A stretch of 64,000 bases of DNA from contig DATIOC010000043.1 in assembly GCA_035473555.1 (NCBI GenBank), positions 73 through 64,072 on the forward strand, read 5' to 3'. Below the pieces are notes generated by a model, which saw nothing but the letters and a program-made list of their open reading frames with translations, was not told the origin of the DNA and did no database searches. Positions 1 through 8,337 of this stretch are shown here, in pieces; position 1 is the first letter of the stretch; each line of letters opens with the position of its first letter. The position numbers were made by a program, and so were the translations under genes. Source of the stretch: Solirubrobacterales bacterium (lineage in GTDB: Bacteria; Actinomycetota; Thermoleophilia; Solirubrobacterales; 70-9).

Positions 1-728
1 AGGGCGTCGCGCACCTGCGCGTTCTCCTCGTCGGTCAGCGGCCGCGCGTAGCCGCCCTCGCCCTCGGCGTCGGGGATGAAGTCCAGTTCCAGCGGCCGGC
101 CGCCGAGCGAGGCGATCTGCTCCCAGGCGGCGCGGCGGATGTCGAAGCCGGTGACGATCGCGCCGAGGCGCTTGGCGGTGGCGACCGCCTGCAGGCCGGC
201 GACGCCGGCGCCGAGGACGAGGACCTTGGCCGGCGGCACGGTGCCGGCGGCGGTGGTCATCATCCCGAAGAAGCGACCCGACTCGCGGGCGCCGATCAGG
301 GTCGCCGCGTAGCCGGCGGCGGCGGCCTGCGAGGAGAGCGCGTCCATCGCCTGGGCGCGGGTCGTCCGCGGGATCGCCTCCATCGCGAAGGCGGTGACGC
401 CGGCGCTGGCCAAAGCTTTGTTGGTGTCGGCCGCGACCCACGGGTTGAGGTGGGAGATCAGCAGCTGGTTGCCGTTCAGGCGCCCGATCGCGTCGACGCT
501 CGGGACCGCGACGTGGAGGACGACATCGGCTCCCCAGGCGGCGTCGGCGGCGCCGATCTCGGCCCCGGCCTCTTTGTAGGCCTCATCGGTGTGCCCGGCG
601 GCCGCACCGGCGCCCGACTCGACGACGACGTCGACCTTCTCGTTCTTCTTCAGCGATTTGACCACGTCGGGGATCAGCGCGACCCGGCGCTCCCCATCAG
701 CAGTCTCTTTTGGCACTCCGATCTTCAT
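1..728 (-). CDS. pntA: NAD(P) transhydrogenase alpha subunit (N-terminal ~242 aa; the 3' end lies outside the window)
   Basis: Absent from the ORF track because the stop is off-window. My minus-strand translation from the ATG (726-728) reads MKIGVPKETADGERRVALIPDVVKSLKK...AMEAIPRTTRAQAMDALSSQA...VLVLGAGVAGLQAVATAKRLGA. This is the AlaDH/PNT family, and the PRxxRAQxMDALSS motif is typical of PntA. Confidence 0.8.
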   Translation of the reverse strand, partial: MKIGVPKETADGERRVALIPDVVKSLKKNEKVDVVVESGAGAAAGHTDEAYKEAGAEIGAADAAWGADVVLHVAVPSVDAIGRLNGNQLLISHLNPWVAADTNKALASAGVTAFAMEAIPRTTRAQAMDALSSQAAAAGYAATLIGARESGRFFGMMTTAAGTVPPAKVLVLGAGVAGLQAVATAKRLGAIVTGFDIRRAAWEQIASLGGRPLELDFIPDAEGEGGYARPLTDEENAQVRDA

Positions 729-783
729 GAGCGGCGCGGAAGGTTATGCGATCCGGCCGGGAACGCGTCCCGACCCCCGCCTC

Positions 784-1839
784 TCAGGCAGATACCCCCG
801 CCAGGGCCGCCAATCGCTCCAGCGTGTGGAGCTGCTCGGAGCGCTCGACGTGGACGGGCGAGCAGATCAGGCGGTCGATGCCGGCGCCGCGGAAGCGCTC
901 GACCCGCTCCGCCACCTCGGCCTCGGTCCCGACCAGCGAGGTCGCCTCGACGATCTCGTCGGGCATCGCCTCGAAGGCGCCGGCGCGGTCGCCGTCCTGG
1001 AAGCGCTTCTGCACCTCGTCGGCGACGTCGCCGAACCCGAAGCGATGCGCGAGGTCGACGTAGAAGTTGGTTTTGCGGCTGCCCATGCCGCCGAAGTAGA
1101 GGACGAGGCCAGCCTTGACGACGTTCTTCGCCGCCTCGAGGTCGCCGTCGATCGCCACCTGCAGCGAGGGGCTGACCTCGAGGTCGGAGCGCTGCCGGCC
1201 GCCCTTGGCGAAGCCGGCCTCCAGGTGCTCTCCCCAGGTTTCCTCGAAGGCATCGACGCTGAAGAAGATCGGGATCCAGCCGTCGCAGATCTCGGCCGCC
1301 ATCTCGACCGATTTGCGGCCGATCGCGCCGACGAAGACCGGGATCTCGTTGCGCAGCGGGTGGAAGTTCAGCTTCAGCGGCTTCCCCTCTCCCCCGGGCA
1401 GCGGCAGCGTGTAGTGCTCGCCCTGGTGGTTGACCGGGCCCTCGCGGGCGATGATCTCCCGCACCACTTCGATGTACTCGCGGGTGCGGCCCCACGGCTT
1501 CGCGTAGGGGACGCCGTACCAGCCCTCGGAGACCTGCGGTCCCGACGGCCCGAAGCCGAAGAGGAAGCGGCCGCCCGAGAGTTTGTCGATCGTCGCCCCG
1601 GCCATCGCTGCGGCCGCGGGCGGGCGCGCCGGCACCTGCATGATCGCCGCGCCGAGGTTGATCTTCTCGGTCTGCGCCGCCAGCCAGGCGAGGACGCTGA
1701 CCACGTCGGAGCCGTAGGACTCCGCCGCCCAGACCGACTCGTAGCCGAGCCCCTCGGCCGCGCGCACGACTTCGGCCGCCTCCTCACCGGCGGGGCCGAT
1801 TCCCCAGTAACCCAGGTTGAGTCCAAGCTTCAAGCCCAT
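784..1839 (-). CDS. LLM-class (luciferase-like) flavin/F420-dependent oxidoreductase
   Basis: 351-aa ORF starting MGLKLGLNLGYWG, with ...ESVWAAESYGSD... and ...LYFGGMGSRKTNFY.... This is the typical luciferase-like monooxygenase TIM-barrel pattern, with strong GC3 coding bias. Confidence 0.85.
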   Translation of the reverse strand: MGLKLGLNLGYWGIGPAGEEAAEVVRAAEGLGYESVWAAESYGSDVVSVLAWLAAQTEKINLGAAIMQVPARPPAAAAMAGATIDKLSGGRFLFGFGPSGPQVSEGWYGVPYAKPWGRTREYIEVVREIIAREGPVNHQGEHYTLPLPGGEGKPLKLNFHPLRNEIPVFVGAIGRKSVEMAAEICDGWIPIFFSVDAFEETWGEHLEAGFAKGGRQRSDLEVSPSLQVAIDGDLEAAKNVVKAGLVLYFGGMGSRKTNFYVDLAHRFGFGDVADEVQKRFQDGDRAGAFEAMPDEIVEATSLVGTEAEVAERVERFRGAGIDRLICSPVHVERSEQLHTLERLAALAGVSA

Positions 1840-1849
1840 CGCCCCCGCA

Positions 1850-1864
1850 CCCTATTGAATAGGG
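1850..1864. promoter_or_regulatory. Candidate operator: palindrome CCCTATT-G-AATAGGG in a divergent promoter region
   Basis: Perfect 7-bp arms in an AT-richer patch, between the minus-strand LLM gene start (1839) and the plus-strand ATPase start (1891). Confidence 0.3.
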
Positions 1865-1890
1865 GCGGAATGGGTAACGGCCGTCCCAGC

Positions 1891-4272
1891 ATGGAGCAAG
1901 GGCTTTCCAACAAGGAGGCGGCAGCGCGGCTGCGCAAGCTCGGGCCGCCGGCCGAGACCTCCTCGCGCTCGCTGGCGAGCATCGTCGCCGGCAACGTCTT
2001 CACGCTCTTCAACGCGATCATCGGTGCCTTCTTCCTGCTCGACATCGGCCTCGGGCTCTACGCCGACGCGATCTTCGGCCTGATCGCCGTCGTCAACTCC
2101 AGCATCGGCATCTACCAGGAGAAGAAGGCGAAGGAAACGCTCGACGAAATCGCCGTCCTCGTCGCCCCCCAGGCCAAGGTCGTGCGCGAGGGCGAAGTGG
2201 TCGAGCTGCTGGCGAGCGAGGTCGTCCCCGGCGACGTCGTCCAGGTCGGGCCCGGCGACCAGCTGATCGCCGACGGCGAGGTGATCGCCTCGCGGGGGAT
2301 GACGATGGACGAGTCGCTGCTGACCGGCGAGGCAGACGGGATCCGCAAGGGCGAGGGCGACCGCGTCCTCTCCGGCTCCTTCTGCGTCTCGGGCTCGGGC
2401 CACTACCTGGTCGACGCGGTCCGTGAGGAGAGCTACGCGGGGCGCTTGGCGGGCGAGGCGAAGACCTTCCGCCACCCGCCCTCACCGCTGCAGGAGGAGG
2501 TCAACCGGGTGATCATCGCTTCGACCTACGTGATGGTGCCGCTGGCGATCGCCCTGCTGATCAGCTTCAAGGTCCGCGGCACCGACCTCACCGAGGCGGC
2601 GCAGACGGCGACCGCCGGCCTCGTGACCCTGATCCCCGAGGGCTTGGTGCTGCTGATGAGCGTCACCTTCGCGGTCGCGGCGATGCGGCTGGCGAAGCGC
2701 AACACGCTCGTCCAGCAGATGAGCGCGACCGAGAGCCTCGCCTCGGTCGACACGATCTGCGTCGACAAGACCGGGACGCTGACCGCGGGCGAGCTGCGGC
2801 TCTCCGGGGTCGAGTACGCCGAGGGGGTCGACCCCAAGTCGGGGGCGGCGGCGCTGGGGCGCTTCGCCGCCAGCGCCGGCAACCGCAACCAGACGCTGGA
2901 GACGATCGCCGCCGAGTTCCCCGGGAAAGCCGGCACGGTGCGCAGCGAGGTGCCGTTCTCTTCCGAGTGGAAGTGGAGCGGGGTCTCGCTCGACGGCACC
3001 GGCGAGGGCGCGACCTACGTCCTCGGGGCGCCGGACATCCTCGCCGAGGCCGGGGCGCTCTCGCTGCCGGCGGGGCTCGCCGCGAAGCTCGAGGAGGAGA
3101 CCGCGGCCGGCCGCCGGGTCGTCGCCTTCGGCCAGACGAGCGAGGCGCTGCCCGACGACCCCAGCGCCGCTGCGGCGCCGAAGATGCAGCCGCTGGCGCT
3201 GGTCGTGCTGGAGGAGACGCTGCGGCCCGACGCGGCGGAAACGATCGCCTACATGCGCGACCAGGAAGTCGACCTGAAGCTGATCTCCGGCGACGCGGCG
3301 GCGACGGTGACCGCGGTCGCCTACGCGGTCGGAGTGCCGCGGGACGCCGGGGTCGTCGAGGGACCGGACCTGCCGGAGGACGAGGAGCAGCTGGCGAAGG
3401 TCGCGATGGAGAACACGATCTTCTGCCGGATCAAGCCCGAGCAGAAGAAAGCCCTGGTCGGGGCGCTGGTCGCCGCCGGGCGCTACGTGGCGATGATCGG
3501 CGACGGGGTCAACGACGTGCCGGCGCTGAAGCGGGCACGGATGGCGGTGGCGATGGGCTCCGGCGCGCAGGTGACCAAAGGGGTCGCCGACGTCGTCCTG
3601 CTCAAAGACCAGTTCGCGCGGCTGCCCGAGGCGGTCGGCGAGGGCCGCCGGATCGCCCGCAACATCCACCGCCTCGGCCGCCTTTACCTGACCAAGACCG
3701 TCTACGCGGCGACCCTGATCCTGCTGGTCGCGGTCCCCGGCTTCGCCTTCCCGTTCCTGCCCCGCCACCTCACCCTGGCGGCGTTCCTGACGATCGGGAT
3801 CCCCTCCTTTGTCCTCGCCCTGCTGCCCTCCGACGGGCCGCTCTACCGCGGCCGGCTGCTGCGGGCGCTGGCGGCGTTCGCGGTCCCAGCCGGGCTGGCG
3901 ACGGCAATCGGCTCGATCGTCTCCTTCTTCCTCGTCGACACCCTCGCCGGGGCCAGCCTCGAAGCGGGTCGCACCGCGGCGACGACGACCCTGATCGTCC
4001 TCGGCCTCGCCTTCATCCTCCTGCTCGAGCGCGGCCCCGGCCGCGAGCACATCGCGATCCAGAGCAACATGCTGGCGATGGTCGCCGCCCTCGGCGCCGC
4101 CTTCGCCGGCATCCTCGCGATCCCCTTCCTGCGCGACTTCTTCGACATGGTCCTGCTCAGCGCGCCGGAATGGTTCCTGGCGCTGTTCTCGGCCGCGATG
4201 GGCCTGATCATCGCCAGCGGCCTATGGAAACTCCCTCAAATAGAACGATGGGAAGTTCCAGCGGGTGAATGA
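1891..4272 (+). CDS. Cation-transporting P-type ATPase (HAD superfamily, type II-like)
   Basis: In-frame part of ORF 589..4272. Motifs present: LTGEADG (TGE), PEGL in TM4 (LIPEGLVLL), the phosphorylation site CVDKTGTLT, and the hinge MIGDGVNDVPALK. Start taken at MEQGLSNKEAAARL (ATG 1891); ATG 1870 is an alternative. The part upstream of 1870 overlaps the LLM gene and is spurious. Confidence 0.9.
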   Translation: MEQGLSNKEAAARLRKLGPPAETSSRSLASIVAGNVFTLFNAIIGAFFLLDIGLGLYADAIFGLIAVVNSSIGIYQEKKAKETLDEIAVLVAPQAKVVREGEVVELLASEVVPGDVVQVGPGDQLIADGEVIASRGMTMDESLLTGEADGIRKGEGDRVLSGSFCVSGSGHYLVDAVREESYAGRLAGEAKTFRHPPSPLQEEVNRVIIASTYVMVPLAIALLISFKVRGTDLTEAAQTATAGLVTLIPEGLVLLMSVTFAVAAMRLAKRNTLVQQMSATESLASVDTICVDKTGTLTAGELRLSGVEYAEGVDPKSGAAALGRFAASAGNRNQTLETIAAEFPGKAGTVRSEVPFSSEWKWSGVSLDGTGEGATYVLGAPDILAEAGALSLPAGLAAKLEEETAAGRRVVAFGQTSEALPDDPSAAAAPKMQPLALVVLEETLRPDAAETIAYMRDQEVDLKLISGDAAATVTAVAYAVGVPRDAGVVEGPDLPEDEEQLAKVAMENTIFCRIKPEQKKALVGALVAAGRYVAMIGDGVNDVPALKRARMAVAMGSGAQVTKGVADVVLLKDQFARLPEAVGEGRRIARNIHRLGRLYLTKTVYAATLILLVAVPGFAFPFLPRHLTLAAFLTIGIPSFVLALLPSDGPLYRGRLLRALAAFAVPAGLATAIGSIVSFFLVDTLAGASLEAGRTAATTTLIVLGLAFILLLERGPGREHIAIQSNMLAMVAALGAAFAGILAIPFLRDFFDMVLLSAPEWFLALFSAAMGLIIASGLWKLPQIERWEVPAGE

Positions 4273-4448
4273 CCAAGCAGTTCAAGGACGCAGGGAGCGT
4301 GGCGTGCTCTGCACGCGAGCGACCGAGGACGCCGAAATGCGCCGGTCATTCGCCCGCTGGGCCGATCCGCCAGCAGGGCCAGCCTAAAAGGCGAATCTTT
4401 CGACTAAGGGCCATGGGGGCGCGGGTAGCTGCTGCCTACCGTGCTCCT

Positions 4449-5879
4449 ATGGCGACGACCTTGAGACCGGCCCGCCCCTTCCGCGGCGCCGGCGAGTACC
4501 CGCTCGAAGCGGGGAACTTCGACGAGGCGTTCGCCGCGACCGGGGCTCCGCGCCATCCCTACACGGAGCTGCTCGACGCGCTCGCGCGGCAGGGCCTGCA
4601 ACCGCTGCGCGAGCGCGTCCGGTCCAACGTCGCCGCCGCCGGGCTGCGGTTCGGCCCGGGGCGGGAGATCGCCGTCGACCCGGTGCCGCGGCTGATCGAG
4701 GCCGAGGAGTGGGAGCGGCTCGAGGCCGGGCTGCTGCAGCGGGCGCGGGCTCTGAACGAGTTCCTCCTCGACGCCTACGGACCGCAGCTGATCTTCGACG
4801 CCGGCGTCATCCCCCGGCGCCTGCTCGAGACCTCGGAGGGGTTCGAGCCGGCGATGCGCGGCCTGCTCGACCCGGCGGTGCCGCCGGCGACGGTCGCGGG
4901 GCTCGACCTCGTCCGCGACGAGGAGGGCGAGCTGCGGGTCTTGGAGGACAACCTGCGGATGCCCTCGGGGGCCTGCTACGCGATAGGGGTGCGCGAAGTC
5001 GTGGCGCCGGAGATCGAGGCGCCGCTGGCACCGCGCGAGCTCGGCGATTACGCCGCGGAGCTGCGGGCCGCGATCCTCGCCGCCGCCGCCGGTCGCGAGG
5101 AACCCGCGGCGGCGATCCTCTCCGATGGGCCCGAGAACGGCGCCTGGTACGAGCACGAGCGCCTCGGCCGGGAGCTGGGGCTGCCGGTCGTCGGCGTCGA
5201 GGAGCTCGAGACCAGCCGCGGTCGCCTCTTCGCCCGCCGCGGCCGCGACCGCGAGCAGATCGACGTGATCTACCGCCGCCTCGACGAGGACCGGCTCTGC
5301 GAGGCCGACGGCACCCCCACTCCCCTCGGCGAGCTGCTGCTGCCGGGGCTGGAGTCCGGGCGGCTGCGCTGCGCCAACGCCTTCGGCACCGGCCTCGGCG
5401 ACGACAAGCTCGCCCATGCTTACGCCGAGCGGATGGTCGAGTTCTACCTCGGCGAGCAGCCGCTGCTGCGCTCGGTGCCGAGCTACGACCTCGGCGACGA
5501 GGACGGCCGCGCGGCGGCGATGGAGCGGCTGGAGGAGCTGGTGATCAAGCCGCGCGGCGGCTTCGGCGGCCACGGGGTGACGATCATGCCGCGGGCGACC
5601 GAGCCGCAGCGCCAGCGCGCGGTCGGCCTGCTGCGCCGCCGCCCGGAGCACTTCATCGCCCAGGAGACGATCGAGATCTCCAGCCACCCGACGGTCGTCG
5701 GCGAGGCGCTGGCGCCGCGGCGGGTCGACCTGCGCCCATTCGTGATCAGCGGCCGGGACGGTGCCAGCGCGATGACCGGCGGGCTGACGCGCTTCGCGCG
5801 CGAGGCCGGCGAGATGGTCGTCAACAGCTCCCAGGGCGGTGGCTGCAAGGACACCTGGGTCGTCGAGGCGCGGCGATGA
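4449..5879 (+). CDS. Circularly permuted type-2 ATP-grasp protein (DUF404/DUF407 family)
   Basis: ORF 4269..5879. Family pattern: ...VDPVPRLIEAEEWERLEAGLLQRARALNEFLLDAYG...LEDNLRMPSGACYA...VIKPRGGFGGHGV.... Start taken at MATTL (4449); ATG 4413 is also possible. Confidence 0.8.
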   Translation: MATTLRPARPFRGAGEYPLEAGNFDEAFAATGAPRHPYTELLDALARQGLQPLRERVRSNVAAAGLRFGPGREIAVDPVPRLIEAEEWERLEAGLLQRARALNEFLLDAYGPQLIFDAGVIPRRLLETSEGFEPAMRGLLDPAVPPATVAGLDLVRDEEGELRVLEDNLRMPSGACYAIGVREVVAPEIEAPLAPRELGDYAAELRAAILAAAAGREEPAAAILSDGPENGAWYEHERLGRELGLPVVGVEELETSRGRLFARRGRDREQIDVIYRRLDEDRLCEADGTPTPLGELLLPGLESGRLRCANAFGTGLGDDKLAHAYAERMVEFYLGEQPLLRSVPSYDLGDEDGRAAAMERLEELVIKPRGGFGGHGVTIMPRATEPQRQRAVGLLRRRPEHFIAQETIEISSHPTVVGEALAPRRVDLRPFVISGRDGASAMTGGLTRFAREAGEMVVNSSQGGGCKDTWVVEARR

Positions 5880-6700
5880 AGCGCCGTTCGTTAGCGTCGC
5901 TCCACATGCGCCCGCTGATCGGAGTCACGACCTCGGAGGTTCGCTCGGCCGAGCGGATCAAGCAGACGCCGGAGGGCGAGCCGAAGGCGCGCGAGATGGC
6001 GCTGGGGCTCACCTACCTGAAGGCGCTGGAGGCCGCCGGGGCGCTGCCGCTGGTGATCCCGCCGCTGCCCGAGGACGCGATCGAGCCGCTGCTCGACCGC
6101 CTCGACGGGCTCTGCCTCTCCGGCGGTCCCGACCTCGACCCCGACACCTACGGCGCCGAGCCGCACGCCGAGCTCGGCCCGACCGAGCCCGACCTCGACC
6201 GCTTCGAGCTCGCCGTCGCCCGCCGCGCCGACGCGCGCGAGCTGCCGATCCTGGCGATCTGCCGCGGCACCCAGGCGCTCAACGTGGTCCGCGGCGGCGC
6301 TCTGTACCAGCACCTGCCCGAGCTCTCCGAGGAGGTGCCGCACCGGCAGACGACGCCGGGGACCGAGCCCAGCCACCCGGTCGAGATCGAGCCCGGCAGC
6401 CGCCTCGCCGCGGCGCTCGGCTACGACGAGCTGCCGGTCGCCGACGAGCTCGACGTCAACTCCTTCCACCACCAGGCGATCGACCGCCTCGGCGAGGGCC
6501 TGAAGGTGAGTGCCCGCGCCCCCGACGGGACGATCGAGGGGGTCGAGGACCCGAGCCGCGAGTTCCTCGTCGGCGTCCAGTGGCACGCTGAGACGCTCGT
6601 CCACCGGCCCTACGAGGCGAGCCTGTTCGCCAACTTCGTCGCGGCCTGCCGGCGCGACGGCGCCGAGTTCCAGCAGCGCAGCGATCGCGAGGTCGCGTGA
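5876..6700 (+). CDS. Class-I glutamine amidotransferase-like hydrolase (gamma-glutamyl-gamma-aminobutyrate hydrolase / peptidase C26 family)
   Basis: In frame within ORF 4709..6700. Sequence includes MKRRSLASLHMRPLIGVTTS, LCLSGGPDLDP, the nucleophile elbow ILAICRGTQALN, and FHHQ...VQWHAE. Its ATG at 5876 overlaps the upstream TGA (ATGA). Confidence 0.85.
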   Translation: MKRRSLASLHMRPLIGVTTSEVRSAERIKQTPEGEPKAREMALGLTYLKALEAAGALPLVIPPLPEDAIEPLLDRLDGLCLSGGPDLDPDTYGAEPHAELGPTEPDLDRFELAVARRADARELPILAICRGTQALNVVRGGALYQHLPELSEEVPHRQTTPGTEPSHPVEIEPGSRLAAALGYDELPVADELDVNSFHHQAIDRLGEGLKVSARAPDGTIEGVEDPSREFLVGVQWHAETLVHRPYEASLFANFVAACRRDGAEFQQRSDREVA

Positions 6701-7839
6701 GCGAGGGGGCCGGCACGCTGCCGGCCTGGGCGGCCTGGGCCGAGCCGCACGAGCTCGGCCCCTACACGGTCGGGATCGAGGAGGAGGTGATGCTGCTCGA
6801 CGAGGTCAGCTGGGCGCTGGCGCACCGGATCGACTCCGTCCTTCCGCGCCTGACCGGACGGGACGCGAGCTTCACCGCCGAGACGCACGGCTCGGCGCTG
6901 GAGATCCAGACCGGCGTCCACGCCTCGATCGGCGGCGCGATCGAGGAGCTCGGCGAGCTGCGGGGCGAGCTGGCCGCGACGCTGGCGCCGCTCTCGATGC
7001 GGGCGGCGAGCGCGGGCACCCACCCCTTCGCGGTCTGGCAGGAGATCGTCGTCTCCGCCGGCGAGCGCTACCAGTTCGTCTACGGCTCGATGCGGGAGCT
7101 GGCGCGGCGCGAGCCGACCTTCGGCCTCCACGTCCACGTCGCCGTCCCCGACCCCGAAGAGGCGATCCACGTCGCCAATCGGCTGCGGACCCACATCCCG
7201 CTGCTGCTGGCGCTCTCGGTCAACTCACCCTTCTGGCAGGGCCGCGACACCGGCCTCGCCTCGGCGCGGACGCCGCTCTTCCAGGCCTTCCCCCGGGTCG
7301 GGATCCCGCGTGACTTCAGCGACTACGCCGACTACGCGGAGTCGGTCGACGTCCTGATCCGCAGCGGCGCCGTGCCGGAGCCGACCTTCCTCTGGTGGGA
7401 CGTGCGGCCGCAGCCGCGCTTCGGCACCGTCGAGGTGCGGATCATGGACGCGCAGACGAAGCTCGGCGACACCGCCGCGATCGCTGCCCTGGTCCAGTGC
7501 ATCGTCCGCGCCGAGGTCGAGGCGGGCACCCACCTGGAACGGTGGATGCCGCAGGAGGTCCTCTCCGAGAACCGCTTCCTCGCCGCCCGCGACGGGATGG
7601 ACGCCGAGCTGATCGAGCCGGAGCTGGAGCGGCGGGTGCCGGCGCGCGAGCTGCTCGCCGACCTGGTCGCAGTCTGCCGCCCCCACGCCCAGGACCTCGG
7701 CTGCGAGACGGAGCTGGAGCGGGTGCCGGAGCTGGGAGCGCAGACCGGCGCCCAGCGTCAGATCGAGCTGGCGCGCTCACTCGAATCGCTGCCGCGGGTC
7801 GTCGGCTTCCTCGCCAACGACTTCCTCGCGCGCAGCTAG
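6697..7839 (+). CDS. Carboxylate-amine ligase, YbdK / glutamate-cysteine ligase family 2 (GCS2)
   Basis: 380-aa ORF with TVGIEEEVMLLD, ...TAETHGSALEIQT..., ...GLHVHVAVPD.... Its GTG at 6697 overlaps the upstream TGA (GTGA). Confidence 0.85.
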   Translation: MSEGAGTLPAWAAWAEPHELGPYTVGIEEEVMLLDEVSWALAHRIDSVLPRLTGRDASFTAETHGSALEIQTGVHASIGGAIEELGELRGELAATLAPLSMRAASAGTHPFAVWQEIVVSAGERYQFVYGSMRELARREPTFGLHVHVAVPDPEEAIHVANRLRTHIPLLLALSVNSPFWQGRDTGLASARTPLFQAFPRVGIPRDFSDYADYAESVDVLIRSGAVPEPTFLWWDVRPQPRFGTVEVRIMDAQTKLGDTAAIAALVQCIVRAEVEAGTHLERWMPQEVLSENRFLAARDGMDAELIEPELERRVPARELLADLVAVCRPHAQDLGCETELERVPELGAQTGAQRQIELARSLESLPRVVGFLANDFLARS

Positions 7840-8285
7840 TCGCTCGGCGGCAGGACGAACTGCGAGACGATCAGGTTCGCGGCCAGGCGCGGCTCCTTGC
7901 CCTCGCGGCGGCGCTCGATCCGGACCTCGATCACGACCGTGCTCTTGCCGACGTGCAGGGGCTCCGCCTTGGCCTCGATCTCGTCGCCGAGGATGCCGGC
8001 GGCGAAGACGTTCAGCTTCAGCTCGATCGTCGTGAAGTTGTGTCCCGGCGGGATGCAGCGGAAGGTCGACCAGGCGGCGACGGTGTCGCCGAGCGCGGTC
8101 CAGACGCCGCCGTGGACGAAGCCGCCGGGGTGCAGGTGGCGCTGGTCGACGACGATCCTGCCCCGGGCGTGGGTCTCCTCGACCTCGAGCGGCTCGATCC
8201 CAAGATCGCCGGGAAAGCTGCCCGGGAGGAAGGCCCGGACCGACTCCGGGGTGATCATCGAGCTCGGATGGGGAGCGTCGCTCAT
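7836..8285 (-). CDS. PaaI-family hotdog-fold thioesterase
   Basis: ORF 7836..8378. Sequence ...HLHPGGFVHGGVWTALGDTVAAW...TIELKLNVF.... Start taken at MSDAPH (8285), which avoids the hairpin and the thiolase gene upstream. Confidence 0.75.
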   Translation of the reverse strand: MSDAPHPSSMITPESVRAFLPGSFPGDLGIEPLEVEETHARGRIVVDQRHLHPGGFVHGGVWTALGDTVAAWSTFRCIPPGHNFTTIELKLNVFAAGILGDEIEAKAEPLHVGKSTVVIEVRIERRREGKEPRLAANLIVSQFVLPPSD

Positions 8286-8291
8286 GGTGAT

Positions 8292-8329
8292 TGGCGAGTT
8301 GTGGCCGCTATAGGGGCCACAACTCGCCA
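8292..8329 (-). terminator. 15-bp perfect inverted repeat (TGGCGAGTTGTGGCC / GGCCACAACTCGCCA, 8-nt loop); a hairpin downstream of the thiolase gene or an operator
   Basis: Read directly from the sequence. It lies between the thiolase stop (8338) and the thioesterase ATG (8285). There is no U-tract. Confidence 0.35.
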
Positions 8330-8337
8330 GTCGCTGC

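Noticed and set aside
589-1890. N-terminal extension of the 1227-aa ORF 589..4272
   Set aside because: The part upstream of ~1870 is Arg/Gly/Pro/Ala-rich low-information sequence antisense to the well-supported LLM oxidoreductase gene. The P-type ATPase homology begins at MEQGLSNKEAAARL.
2482-4050. 522-aa minus-strand ORF and other long antisense ORFs (e.g. 4404..5687, 8282..9142, 12968..13927, 20175..21524, 21413..22777, 27052..28500, 28871..30175, 33019..35238, 38639..40234, 44489..45655, 52049..53596, 57029..58477, 58474..60075)
   Set aside because: These are typical stop-codon-poor antisense frames of a ~70% GC genome. Their translations are dominated by R/G/P/A/D runs with no motifs, and each lies fully inside a gene with clear family signatures on the other strand.
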